The notes under the pieces: generated by a model
Told to the model about the DNA's origin: nothing
What the model saw: only the letters and a program-made list of their open reading frames with translations
The model's database searches: none
Origin: Heptranchias perlo
Lineage: Eukaryota
Direction: 5' to 3'
Length of the DNA: 64,000 nucleotides
NCBI RefSeq assembly: GCF_035084215.1
Contig: NW_027139217.1
Span: forward strand, 372,001 to 436,000
Position numbers and translations under genes: made by a program
Part shown: one piece after another, positions 47,398 through 61,310 of the stretch
Position numbering within the stretch: the first letter of the stretch is position 1
How the letters are laid out: each line of letters opens with the position of its first letter

Positions 47398-49908
47398 GAA
47401 TCATAGAATCATAGAATCATAGAATCATAGAATCATAGAATCATAGAAGTTTACAACATGGAAACAGGCCCTTCGGTCCAACATGTCCATGTCGCCCAGT
47501 TTATACCACTAAGCTAGTCCCAATTGCCTGCACTTGGCCCATATCCCTCTATACCCATCTTACCCATGTAACTGTCCAAATGCTTTTTAAAAGACAAAAT
47601 TGTACCCGCCTCCACTACTGCCTCTGGCAGCTCGTTCCAGACACTCACCACCCTTTGAGTGAAAAAATTGCACCTCTGGACCCTTTTGTATCTCTCCCCT
47701 CTCACCTTAAATCTATGCCCCCTCGTTATGGACTCCCCTACCTTTGGGAAAAGATTTTGACTATCGACCTTATCTATGCCCCTCATTATTTTATAGACTT
47801 CTATAAGATCACCCCTTAACCTCCTACTCTCCAGGGAAAAAAGTCCCAGTCTGTCTAACCTCTCCCTATAAGTCAAACCATCAAGTCCCGGTAGCATCCT
47901 AGTAAATCTTTTCTGCACTCTTTCTAGTTTAATAATATCCTTTGTATAATAGGGTGACCAGAACTGTACACAGTACTCCAAGTGTGGCCTCACCAATGCC
48001 CTGTACAACTTCAACAAGACATCCCAACTCCTGCATTCAATGTTCTGACCAATGAAACCAAGCATGCCGAATGCCTTCTTCACCACCCTATCCACCTGTG
48101 ACTCCACTTTCATGGAGCTATGAATCTGTACTCCTAGATCTCTTTGTTCTATAACTCTCCCCAACGCCCTACCATTAACGGAGTAGGTCCTGGCCCGATT
48201 CGATCTACCAAAATGCATCACCTCACATTTATCTAAATTAAACTCCATCTGCCATTCATCGGCCCACTGGCCCAATTGATCAAGATCCCGTTGCAATCCT
48301 AGATAACCTTCTTCACTGTCCACAATGCCACCAATCTTGGTGTCATCTGCAAACTTACTAACCATGCCTCCTAAATTCTCATCCAAATCATTAATATAAA
48401 TAACAAAAAGCAGCGGACCCAGCACCGATCCCTGAGGCACACCGCTGGACACAGGCATCCAGTTTGAAAAACAACCCTCTACAACCACCCTCTGTCTTCT
48501 GTCGTCAAGCCAATTTTGTATCCAATTGGCTACCTCACCTTGGATCCCATGAGATTTAACCTTATGTAACAACCTACCATGCGGTACCTTGTCAAATGCT
48601 TTGCTGAAGTCCATGTAGACCACATCTACTGCACAGCCCTCATCTATCTACTTGGTTACCCCTTCAAAAAACTCAATCAAATTCGTGAGACATGATTTTC
48701 CTCTCACAAAACCATGCTGACTGTTCCTAATCAGTCCCTGCCTCTCCAAATGCCTGTAGATCCTGTCCCTCAGAATACCCTCTAACAACTTACCCACTAC
48801 AGATGTCAGGCTCACTGGTCTGTAGTTCCCAGGCTTTTCCCTGCCGCCCTTCTTGAACAAAGGCACAACATTTGCTACCCTCCAATCTTCAGGCACCTCA
48901 CCTGTAGCTGTCGACAATTCAAATATCTGTGCTAGGGGACCCGCAATTTCCTCCCTAACCTCCCATAACGTCCTGGGATACATTTCATCATGTCCCGGAG
49001 ATTTATCTACCTTGATGCGCGTTAAGACTTCCAGCACCTCCCTCTCTGTAATATGTACACTCCTCAAGACATTACTATTTATTTCCCCAAGTTCCCTAAC
49101 ATCCATGCCTTTCTCAACCGTAAATACCGATGTGAAATATTCATTCAGGATCTCACCCATCTCTTGTGGTTCCGCACATAGATGACCTTGTTGATCCTTA
49201 AGAGGCCCTACTCTCTCCCTCGTTACCCTTTTGCCCTTTATGTATTTGTAGAAACTCTTTGGATTCACCTTTGCCTGATCTGCCAAAGCAATCTCATATC
49301 CCCTTTTTGCCCTCCTGATTTCTCTCTTAACTCTACTCCGGCAATCTCTATACTCTTCAAGGGATCCACTTGATCCCAGCTGCCTATGCATGTCATATGC
49401 CTCCTTCTTCTTTCTGACTAGGGCCTCAATCTCCCGAGTCATCCAAGGTTCCCTACTTCTACCAGCCTTGCCCTTCACTTTATAAGGAATGTGCTTACCC
49501 TGAACCCTGGTTAACACACTTTTGAAAGCCTCCCACTTACCAGACGTCCCTTTGCCTGCCAACAGACTCTCCCAATCAACTTCTGAAAGTTCCTCTCTCA
49601 TACCATCAAAATTGGCCTTTCCCCAATTTAGAATTTTAACTTTTGGGCCAGACCTATCCTTCTCCATAGCTATCTTAAAACTAATGGAATTATGATCACT
49701 GGTCCCAAAGTGATCCCTCACTAACACTTCTGTCACCTGCCCTTCCTTATTTCCCAAGAGGAGGTCAAGTTTTGCCCCCTCTCTAGTCGGGCCATCCACA
49801 TACTGAATGAGAAATTCCTCCTGAATACACTCAACAAATTTCTCTCCATCCAAGCCCCTAATGCTATGGCTGTCCCAGTCAATGTTGGGAAAGTTAAAGT
49901 CCCCTACT
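47398..49908 (-). mobile_element. 5'-truncated CR1 LINE, same subfamily as 15637-17686
   Basis: ORFs 48648-49853 and 47514-48623 (one lesion); (ATTCTATG)n tail. Confidence 0.96.
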
Positions 49909-50449
49909 AAAGTTGCTCTTCCTTTCCTTGCTAACTAATTCCAAATATCAATGGCTCCATGTGTGAAGCACATCTGCCTGATTTGATTCCTCACTTTAAA
50001 CCAGGCCCTTAGTTTTTGAAGCTTTTATCAATGTGAACAATGACTTTGGATCAACTTTATCGCCCTCTTCCTGATTCTGGAAACTACTGTTCGATGATCT
50101 TTAATATTATTGGATGGGAAATGGTGCTGGGTGTGCTGCACTTCACGGGAGAATTCCCCATCTACCCTCGTTTATGAAGCTCAGCACTGTGACCACAATT
50201 TGGTCAAATCTGTCCTCTGATATCATCTGACATCATCGCTGAGTCCCCGAACACAAGGACATGGTCACCTTCATGTCAGGGGTCCCGGTGCTGCCCAGTA
50301 CTCCACACGGGGACTAACCAGCACCACACACACCAACACCAGCTCTTTAATTAGTGCGGACTCACTCCAAACATTGCCCAATCTCTCTCAATCACAACCA
50401 CATCAACCAGCTGTGCATTCCACATTGGTTCAGGACTTTAACACAACAA

Positions 50450-51017
50450 TACAAACAACAACAACAACTTGCATTTATATAGCGCCATTAACGGAGTAAA
50501 ATGTCCCAAGGTGCATCGCAGGAGCGTAAGTCAGATAAAATTTGACACAACATAAGAATATAAAAGTACAGGCGACCAAAAGTTTGGCCAAAGAGGGAGG
50601 TTTTAAGGAGCATCTGAAAGGAGGAGAGAGAGGTGGAGAGTGGGAGAGGTTTAGGGAGGGAATTCCAGAGCTTAGGGCCGAGGCAGCTGAAGGCACGGCT
50701 GCCAATGGTGGAGCGATGAAAAGCAGGGATGGAAAAGAGGAGAGAATTGGAGGAGCGCAGAGATCTCGGAGGGTTGTAGGGCTGGAGGAGGTGACAGAGA
50801 TAGGGAGGGGACGAGGGCCATGGAGGGATTTGAACACAGGGATGAGAATTTTGAAATCGAGGCATTCCCAGGAGCCAATGTGGGTCAGTGAGCACAGGGG
50901 GTGATGGGAGAACAGGACTTGGTGAGAGTTAGGATACGGGAGCAGAGTTTTGGATGAGTTCAAGTTTATGGAGGGTGGGGGATGGGAGGCCGGCCAGGAG
51001 AACATTGGAATAGTCGA
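50450..51017 (-). mobile_element. L2 3' fragment
   Basis: Similar to 35740-36290; (TTG)n tail. Confidence 0.85.
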
Positions 51018-51329
51018 ATTAAACATCATTAAGGTGCTGGTCTCTTTATACTGGATTGTGAAACACAGTGATTGTGCAAAGGCAGTTTGTCTGTATTTTG
51101 GGGGAGGGGGAAGGACTCGAGTGGAAAATCTCCAAAAACAAACAGGAGATCAACAGATTCTCCACAATGTCTAAACCTTCATGGTGCAATTAATAGAAAT
51201 AAAAACAAAGAGGCTCCAGCCAATCAAATTACAGGTCTGCAATGTATGATCCGTTGCCAGGCAGGACGTGATTCTGAAGGTTTCATTTGGATACAAAGGA
51301 TTTCATTATCAGCTCAGAGTCTGCAGGGA

Positions 51330-51936
51330 GAGTCCCTCAGTCCCAGGTTGGATATATCACCCTGTGCTCCCCTGACAGTGTCCCTCAGTCCCAGGTTGGA
51401 TATATCACCCTGTGCTCCCCTGACAGTGTCCCTCAGTCCCAGGTTGGATATATCACCCTGTGCTCCCCTGACAGTGTCCCTCAGTCCCAGGTTGGATATA
51501 TCACCCTGTGCTCCCCTGACAGTGTCCCTCAGTCCGGGGTTGGATATATCACCCTGTGCTCCCCTGACAGTGTCCCTCAGTCCCAGGTTGGATATATCAC
51601 CCTGTGCTCCCCTGACAGTGTCCCTCAGTCCCAGGTTGGATATATCACCCTGTGCTCCCCTGACAGTGTCCCTCAGTCCGGGGTTGGATATATCACCCTG
51701 TGCTCCCCTGACAGTGTCCCTCAGTCCCAGGTTGGATATATCACCCTGTGCTCCCCTGACAGTGTCTCTCAGTCCCAGGTTGGATATATCACCCTGTGCT
51801 CCCCTGACAGTGTCCCTCAGTCCGGGGTTGGAGAAATCACCCTGTGCTCCGCTGAGAGTGTCCCTCAGTCCCAGTTTGGAAAAATCACCCTGTGCTCCCC
51901 TGACAGTGTCCCTCAGTCCGGGGTTGGATATATCAT
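51330..51936. repeat. 48-bp minisatellite block 1
   Basis: Unit TCCCTCAGTCCCAGGTTGGATATATCACCCTGTGCTCCCCTGACAGTG. Confidence 0.96.
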
Positions 51937-51937
51937 C

Positions 51938-54900
51938 GAATCATAGAATCATAGAAGTTTACAACATGGAAACAGGCCCTTCGGTCCAACATGTCCATGT
52001 CGCCCAGTTTATACCACTAATCTAGTCCCAATTGCCTGCACTTGGCCCATATCCCTCCATACCCATCTTACCCATGTAACCAGAGGTGGCGGTACAGTGA
52101 TATACAGTCAGGAGGGAGTGGCCCTGGGAGTCCTCAACATTGACTCTGGACCCCATGAAATCTCATGGCATCAGGTCAAACATGGGCAAGGAAACCTCCT
52201 GCTGATTACCACCTACCGTCCTCCCTCAGCTGATGAATCAGTCCTCCTCCATGTTGAGCACCACTTGGAGGAAGCACTGAGGGTAGCAAGGGCACAAAAT
52301 GTACTCTGGGTGGGGGACTTCAATGTCCATCACCAAGAGTGGCTCGGTAGCACCATTACTGACCGAGCTGGCCGAGTCCTGAAGGACATAGCTGCTAGAC
52401 TGGGCCTGCGGCAGGTGGTGAGCGAACCAACACGAGGGAAAAACTTAATTGACCTCGTCCTCACCAATCGACCTGTCGCAAATGCATCTGTCCATGACAG
52501 TATTGGTAGGAGTGACCACCGCACAGTCCTCGTGGAGATGAAATCCCGTCTTCGCACTGAGGACACCATCCAACGTGTTGTGTGGCACTACCACCGTGCT
52601 AAATGGGATAGATTCAGAACAGATCTAGCAGCTCAAAACTGGGCATCCATGAGGCGCTGTGGGCCATCAGCAGCAGCAGAATTGTATTCCAGCACAATCT
52701 GTAACCTCATGGCCCGGCATATTCCTCACTCTACCATTACCAACAAGCCAGGGGATCAACCCTGGTTCAATGAGGAGTGTAGAAGAGCATGCCAGGAGCA
52801 GCACCAGGCGTACCTAAAAATGAGGTGCCAACCTGGTGAAGCTACAACTCAGGACTACATGCATGCTAAACAGCGGAAGCAACATGCTATAGACAGAGCG
52901 AAGCGATTCCACAACCAACGGATCAGATCAAAGCTCTGCAGTCCTGCCACATCCAGTCGTGAATGGTGGTGGACAATTAAACAACTAACGGGAGGAGGAG
53001 GCTCTGCAAACATCCCCATTCTCAATGATGGCGGAGTCCAGCACGTGAATGCAAAAGACAAGGCTGAAGCGTTTGCAACCATCTTCAGCCAAAAGTGCCG
53101 AGTGGATAATCCATCTCAGCCTCCTCCCGATATCCCCACCATCACGGAAGCCAGTCTTCGGCCAATTCGATTCACTCCACGTGATATCAAGAAACAGCTG
53201 TGTGCACTGGATACAGCAAAGGCTATGGGCCCTGACAACATCCCAGCTGCAGTGCTGAAGACTTGTGCTCCAGAACTAGCTGCGCCTCTCCGAAACTGTT
53301 CCAGTACAGCTACAACACTGGCATCCACCCGACAATGTGGAAAATTGCCCAGGTATGTTCCGTCCACAAAAAGCAGGACAAATCCAATCCGGCCAATTAC
53401 CGCCCCATCAGTCTACTCTCAATCATCAGCAAAGTGATGGAAGGTGTCGTCGACAGTGCTATCAAGCGGCACTTACTCACAAATAACCTGCTCACCGATG
53501 CTCAGTTTGGGTTCCGCCAGGACCACTCGGCTCCAGGCCTCATTACAGCCTTGATCCAAACATGGACAAAAGAGCTGAATTCCAGAGGTGAGGTGAGAGT
53601 GACTGCCCTTGACATCAAGGCAGCATTTGACCGAGTGTGGCATCAAGGAGCCCCAGTAAAATTGAAGTCAATGGGAATCAGGGGGAAAACTCTCCAGTGG
53701 CTGGAGTCATACCTAGCACAAAGGAAGATGGTAGTGGTTGTTGGAGGCCAATCATCTCAGCCCCAGGGCATTGCTGCAGGAGTTCCTCAGGGCAGTGTCC
53801 TAAGCCCAACCATCTTCAGCTGCTTCATCAATGACCTTCCCTCCATCATAAGGTCAGAAATGGGGATGTTTGCTGATGACTGCACAGTGTTCAGTTCCAT
53901 TCGCAACCCCTCAGATAATGAAGCAGTCCGAGCCTGCATGCAGCAAGACCTGGACAACATCCAGGCTTGGGCTGATAAGTGGCAAGTAACATTCGCACCA
54001 GATAAGTGCCAGGCAATGACCATCTCCAACAAGAGAGAGTCTAACCACCTCCCCTTGATATTCAACGGCATTACCATCGCCGAATCCCCCACCATCAACA
54101 TCCTGGGGGTCACCATTGACTAGAAACTGAACTGGACCAGCCATATAAATACTGTGGCTACGAGAGCAGGTCAGAGGCTGGCTATTCTGCGGCGAGTGAC
54201 TCACCTCCTGACTCCCCAAAGCCTTTCCACCATCTACAAGGCACAAGTCAGGAGTGTGATGGAATACTCTCCACTTGCCTGGATGAGTGCAGCTCCAACA
54301 ACACTCAAGAAGCTCGACACCATCCAAGATAAAGCAGCCCGCTTGATTGGCACCCCATCCACCACCCTAAACATTCACTCCCTTCACCACCGGCGCACTG
54401 TGGCTGCAGTGTGCACCATCCACAGGATGCACTGCAGCAACTCGCCAAGGCTTCTTCGACAGCACCTCCCAAACCCGCGACCTCTACCACCTAGAAGGAC
54501 AAGGGCAGCAGGCGCATGGGAACAACACCACCTGCACGTTCCCCTCCAAGTCACACACCATCCCGACTTGGAAATATATCGCCGTTCCTTCATTGTTGCT
54601 GGGTCAAAATCCTGGAACTCCCTTCCGAACAGCACTGTGGGAGAACCGTCACCACACGGACTGCAGCGGTTCAAGAAGGCGGCTCACCACCACCTTCTCG
54701 AGGGCAATTAGGGATGGGAAATCAATGCCGGCCTTGCCAGCGGCGCCCACATCCCGTGAACGAATAAAAAAAAAACTGTCCAAATGCTTTTTAAAAGACA
54801 AAATTGTACACGCCTCTACTACTGCCTCTGCCAGATCGTTCCAGACACTCACCACCCTTTGAGTGAAAAAATTGCCCCTCTGGACCCTTTTGTATCTCTC

Positions 54901-57184
54901 CCCTCTCACTTAAATCTATGTCCCCTCGTTCCAGACGCCCCTACCTTTGGGAAAAGATTTTGACTATCCACCTTATCTCTGCCCCTCATTATTTTATAGA
55001 CTTCTATAAGATCACCCCTTAACCTCCTACTCTCCAGGGAAAAAAGTCCCAGTCTATCTAACCTCTCCCTATAGGTCAAACCATCAAGTCCCGGTAGCAT
55101 CCTAGTAAATCTTTTCTGCACTCTTTCTAGTTTAATAATATCCTTTCTATAATAGGGTGACCAGAACTGTACACAGTATTCCAAGTGTGGCCTTACTAAT
55201 GTCTTGTACAACTTCAACAAGACATCCCAACTCTTGTATTCAATGTTCTGACCAATGAAACCAAGCATGCCGAATGCCTTCTTCACCACCCTATCCACCT
55301 GTGACTCCACTTTCAAGGAGCAATGAACCTGTACTCCGAGATCTCTTTGTTCTGTAACTCTCCCCAACGCCCGACCATTAACGGAGTAGGTCCTGGCCCG
55401 ATTCGATCTACCAAAATGCATCACCTCACATTTATCTAAATTAAACTCCATCTGCCATTCATCGGTCCACTGGCCCAATTTATCAAGATCCCGTTGCAAT
55501 CCTAGATAACCTTCTTCACTGTCCACAATGCCACCAATCTTGGTGTCATCTGCAAACTTACTAACCATGCCTCCTAAATTCTCATCCAAATCATTAATAT
55601 AAATAACAAATAACAGCGGACCCAGCACCGATCCCTGAGGCACACTGCTGGTCACAGGCCTCCAGTTTGAAAAACAACCCTCCACAACCACACTCTGTCT
55701 TCTGTCGTCAATCCAGTTTTGTATCCAATTGGCTATCTCACCTTGGATCCCATGAGATTTAACCTTATGTAACAACCTACCATGCGGTACCTTGTCAAAG
55801 GCTTTGCTAAAGTCCATGTAGACCACGTCTACTGCACAGCCCTCATCTATTTTCTTGGCTACCCCTTCAAAAAACTCAATCAAATTCGTGAGACATGATT
55901 TTCCTCTCACAAAACCATGCTGACTGTTCCGAATCAGTCCCTGCCTCTCCAAATGCCTGTAGATCCTGTCTCTCAGAATACCCTCTAACAACTTACCCAC
56001 TGCAGATGTCAGGCTCACCGGTCTGTAGTTCCCTGCCGCCCTTCTTAAACAAAGGCACAACATTTGCTACCCTCCAATCTTCAGGCAACTCACTTGTAGC
56101 TGTCGACGATTCAAATATCTCTGCTGGGGGACCCGCAATTTCCTCCCTAACCTCCCATAACGTCCTGGGATACATTTCATCAGGTCCTGGAGATTTATCT
56201 ACCTTGATGCGCGTTAAGACTTCCAGCACCTCCCTCTCTGTAATATGTACACTCCTCAAGACATCACTATTTATTTCCCCAAGTTCCCTAACATCCATGC
56301 CTTTCTCAACCGTAAATACCGATGTGAAATATTCATTTAGGATCTCACCCATCTCTTGTGGTTCTGCACATAGATGACCTTGTTGATCCTTAAGAGGCCC
56401 TACTCTCTCCCTCGTTACTCTTTTGCCCTTTATGTATTTGTAGAAGCTCTTTGGATTCTCTTTTGCCTTATCTGCCAATGCAATCTCATGTCCCCTTTTT
56501 GCCCTCCTGATTTCTCTCTTAACTCTACTCCAGCAATCTCTATACTCTTCAAGGGATCCACTTGATCCCAGCTGCCTATGCATGTCATATGCCTCCTTCT
56601 TCTTTTTAACTAGGGCCTCAATCTCCCGAGTCATCCAAGGTTCCCTACTTCTACCAGCCTTGCCCTTCACTTTATAAGGAATGTGCTTACCCTGAACCCT
56701 GGTTAACACACTTTTGAACGCCTCCCACTTACCAGATGTCCCTTTGCCTGCCAACAGACTCTCCCAATCAACTTCTGAAAGTTCCTGTCCAATACCATCA
56801 AAATTGGCCTTTCCCCAATTCAGAATTTTAACTTTTGGGCCAGACCTATCATTCTCCACAGCGACCTTAAAACTAATGGAATTATGATCACTGGTCACAA
56901 AGTGATCCCTCACCAACACTTCTGTCACCTGCCCTTCCTTATTTCCCAAGAGGAGGTCAAGTTTTGCCCCCTCTCCAGTCGGGCCATCCACACACTGAGT
57001 GAGAAATTCCTCCTGAATACACTCAACAAATTTCTCTCCATCCAAGCCCCGAATGCGATGGCTGTCCCAGTCAATGTTGGGAAAGTTAAAGTCCCCTACT
57101 ATTACCACCCTATTTTTCTTGCAGCTGTTTGTAATCTCCTTACATATTTGTTCCTCAATTTCCCGTTGACTATTTGGGGGTCTG
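51938..57184 (-). mobile_element. CR1 LINE copy split by a LINE insertion (51938-52080 and 54777-57184)
   Basis: ORFs 55993-57108 and 54906-56063; sequence is continuous across the insertion (CCCATGTAAC|TGTCCAAATG). Confidence 0.95.
52081..54776 (+). mobile_element. 5'-truncated poly(A)-tailed APE-RT LINE (non-CR1; clade not assigned)
   Basis: YRPP, GDFNVHH, SDH endonuclease; KAMGPD, NYRPISLLS, FADD; one frameshift and one stop; A tail. Confidence 0.95.
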
Positions 57185-57909
57185 TATCACCCTGTGCTCC
57201 CCTGACAGTGTCTCTCAGTCCCAGGTTGGATATATCACCCTGTGCTCCCCTGACAGTGTCCCTCAGTCCCAGGTTGGATATATCACCCTGTGCTCCCCTG
57301 ACAGTGTCTCTCAGTCCCAGGTTGGATATATCACCCTGTGCTCCCCTGACAGTGTCCCTCAGTCCGGGGTTGGATATATCACCCTGTGCTCCCCTGACAG
57401 TGTCTCTCAGTCCGGGGTTGGATATATCACCCTGTGCTCCCCTGACAGTGACCCTCAGTCCCAGGTTGGTTATATCACCCTGTGCTCCCCTGACAGTGTC
57501 TCTCAGTCCCAGGTTGGATATATCACCCTGTGCTCCCGTGACAGTGTCTCTCAGTCCGAGGTTGGATATATCACCCTGTGCTCCCCTGACAGTGTCCCTC
57601 AGTCCGGGGTTGGATATATCACCCTGTGCTCCCCTGACAGTGTCTCTCAGTCCCAGGTTGGATGTGTCACCCTGTGCTCCCCTGACAGTGTCTCTCAGTC
57701 CGGGGTTGGATATATCACCCTGTGCTCCCCTGAGAGTGTCTCTCAGTCCGGGGTTGGATCTATCACCCTGTGCTCCCCTGACAGTGTCTCTCAGTCCGGG
57801 GTTGGATCTATCACCCTGTGCTCCCCTGACAGTGTCTCTCAGTCCCAGGTTGGACATATCACCCTGTGCTCCCCTGACAGTGTCCCTCAGTCCAGGGTTG
57901 GATATATCA
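57185..57909. repeat. 48-bp minisatellite block 2
   Basis: Same unit as block 1. Confidence 0.96.
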
Positions 57910-57910
57910 T

Positions 57911-60473
57911 CGAATCATAGAATCATAGAAGTTTACAACATGGAAACAGGCCCTTCGGCCCAACATGTCCATGTCACCCAGTTTATACCACGAAGCTAGT
58001 CCCAATTGCCTGCACTTGGCCCATATCCCTCTTTACCCATCTTACCCATGTAACTGTCCAAATGCTTTTCAAAAGACAAAATTGTACCCGCCTCTACTAC
58101 TGCCTCTGCCAGATCGTTCCAGACATTCATCACCCTTTGAGTGAAAAAATTGCCCCTCTGGACCCTTTTGTATCTCTCCCCTCTCACTTAAATCTATGTC
58201 CCCTCGTTATAGGCGCCCCTACCTTTGGGAAAAGATTTTGACTATCTACCTTATCTATGCCCCTCATTATTTTGTAGACTTCTATAAGATCACACCTGAA
58301 CCTCCTACTCTCCAGGGAAAAAAGTCCCAGTCTATCTAACCTCTCCCTATAGATCAAACCATCAAGTCCCGGTCGCATCCTAGTAAATCTTTTCTGCACT
58401 CTTTCTAGTTTAATAATATCCTTTGTATAATAGGGTGACCAGAACTGTATACAGTATTCCAAGTGTGGCCTTACTAATGTCTTGTACAACTTCAACAAGA
58501 CATCCCAACTCTTGTATTCAATGTTCTGACCAATAAAACCAAGCATGCTGAATGCCTTCTTCACCACCCTATCCACCTGTGACACCACTTTCAAGGAGTT
58601 ATGAACCTGTACTCCTAGATCTCTTTGTTCTATAACTCTCCCCAACGCCCTACCATTAACGGAGTCGGTCCTGGCCCGATTCGATCTCCCAAAATGCATC
58701 ACCTCACATTTATCTAAATTAAACTCCATCTGCCATTCATCGGCCCACTGGCCCAATTTATCAAGATCCTGTTGCAATCCTAGATAACCTTCTTCACTGT
58801 CCACAATGCCACCAATCTTGGTGTCATCTGCAAACTTACTAACCATGCCTCCTAAATTCTCATCCAAATCATTAATATAAATAACAAATAACTGCGGACC
58901 CAGCACCGATCCCTGAGGCACACTGCTGGTCACAGGCCTCCAGTTTGAAAAACAACCCTCTACAACCACCCTCTGTCTTCTGTCGTCAATCCAGTTTTGT
59001 ATCCAATTGGCTATCTCACCCTGGATCCCATGAGATTTAACCTTATGTCACAACCTACCATGCGGTACCTTGTCAAATGCTTTGCTAAAGTCCATGCAGA
59101 CCACGTCTACTGCACAGCCCTCATCTATTTTCTTGGTTACCCCTTCAAAAAACTCAATCAAATTCGTGAGACATGATTTTCCTCTCACAAAACCATGCTG
59201 ACTGTTCCGAATCAATCCCTGCCTCTCCAAATGCCTGTAGATCCTGTCTCTCAGAATACCCTCTAACAACTTACCCACTACAGATGTCAGGCTCATCGGT
59301 CTGTAGTTCCCAGGCTTTTCCCTGCCGCCCTTCTTAAACAAAGGCACAACATTTGCTGCCCTCCAATCTTCAGGCACCTCACCTGTAGCTGTCGACGATT
59401 CAAATATCTGTGCTAGGGGACCTGCAATTTCCTCCCTAACCTCCCATAACGTCCTGGGATACATTTCATCAGGTTCTGGAGATTTATCTACCTTGATGCG
59501 CGTTAAGACTTCCAGCACCTCCCTCTCTGTAATATGTACACTCCTCAAGACATCACTATTTATTTCCCCAAGTTCCCTAACATCCATGCCTTTCTCAACC
59601 GTAAATACCGATGTGAAATATTCATTTAGGATCTCACCCATCTCTTGTGGTTCCGCACATAGATGACCTTGTTGATCCTTAAGAGGCCCTACTCTCTCCC
59701 TCGTTACTCTTTTGCCCTTTATGTATTTGTAGAAGCTCTTTGGATTCTCCTTTGCCTTATCTGCCAAATCAATCTCATGTCTCCTTTTTGCCCTCCTGAT
59801 TTCTCTCTTAACTCTACTCCAGCAATCTCTATACTCTTCAAGGGATCCACTTGATCCCAGCTGCCTCTGCATGTCATATGCCTCCTTCTTCTTTTTAACT
59901 AGGGCCTCAATCTCCCGAGTCATCCTAAGTTCCCTACTTCTACCAGCCTTGCCCTTCACTTTATAAGGAATGTGCTTACCCTGAACCCTGGTTAACACAC
60001 TTTTGAACGCCTCCCACTTACCAGATGTCCCTTTGCCTGCCAACAGACTCTCCCAATCAACTTCTGAAAGTTCCTGTCCAATACCATCAAAATTGGCCTT
60101 TCCCCAATTCAGAATTTTAACTTTTGGGCCAGACCTATCATTCTCCACAGCTATCTTAAAACTAATGGAATTATGATCACTGGTCACAAAGTGATTCCTC
60201 ACCAACACTTCTGTCACCTGCCCTTCCTTATTTCCCAAGAGGAGGTCAAGTTTTGCCCCCTCTCCAGTCGGGCCATCCACACACTGAGTGAGAAATTCCT
60301 CCTGAATACACTCAACAAATTTCTCTCCATCCAAGCCCCTAATGCTATGGCTGTCCCAGTCAATGTTGGGAAAGTTAAAGTCCCCTACTATTACCACCCT
60401 ATTTTTCTGGCAGCTGTCTGTAATCTCCTTACATATTTGCTCCTCAATTTCCCGTTGACTATTTGGGGGTCTG
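57911..60473 (-). mobile_element. CR1 LINE copy, duplicate of 51938-57184
   Basis: ORFs 59048-60397 and 58184-58969; same junctions. Confidence 0.95.
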
Positions 60474-61310
60474 TATCACCCTGTGCTCCCCTGACAGTGT
60501 CCCTCAGTCCCAGGTTGGATATATCACCCTGTGCTCCCCTGACAGTGTCCCTCAGTCCCAGGTTGGATATATCACCCTGTGCTCCCCTGACAGTGTCCCT
60601 CAGTCCCAGGTTGGATATATCGCCCTGTGCTCCCCTGACAGTGTCACTCAGTCCGAGGTTGGATATAACACCCTGTGCTCCCCTGAGAGTGTCCCTCAGT
60701 CCGGGGTTGGATATATCACCCTGTGCTCCCCTGACAGTGTCCCTCAGTCCCAGGGTGGATATATCACCCTGTGCTCCCCTGACAGTGTCCCTCAGTCCGG
60801 GTTTGGATATATCACCCTGTGCTCCCCTGACAGTGTCTCTCAGTCCCAGGTTGGATATATCACCCTGTGCTCCCCTGACAGTGTCCCTCAGTCCCAGGTT
60901 GGATATATCACCCTGTGCTCCCCTGACAGTGTCCCTCAGTCCGGGGTTGGATATATCACCCTGTGCTCCCCTGACAGTGACTCTCAGTCCGGGGTTGGAT
61001 ATATCACCCTGTGCTCCCCTGACAGTGTCTCTCAGTCCCAGGTTGGATATATCACCCTGTGCTCCCCTGACAGTGTCCCTCAGTCCGGGGTTGGATATCT
61101 CACCCTGTGCTCCCCTGACAGTGTCTCTCAGTCCAGGGTTGGATATCTCACCCTGTGCTCCCCTGACAGTGTCCCTCAGTCCGGGGTTGGAAATATCACC
61201 CTGTGCTCCCCTGACAGTGTCTCTCAGTCCGGGGTTGGATATATCACACTGTGCCCCCCTGACAGTGTCCCTCAGTCCGGGGTTGGAAATATCACACTGT
61301 GCCCCCCTGT
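60474..61310. repeat. 48-bp minisatellite block 3
   Basis: Same unit as block 1. Confidence 0.96.
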
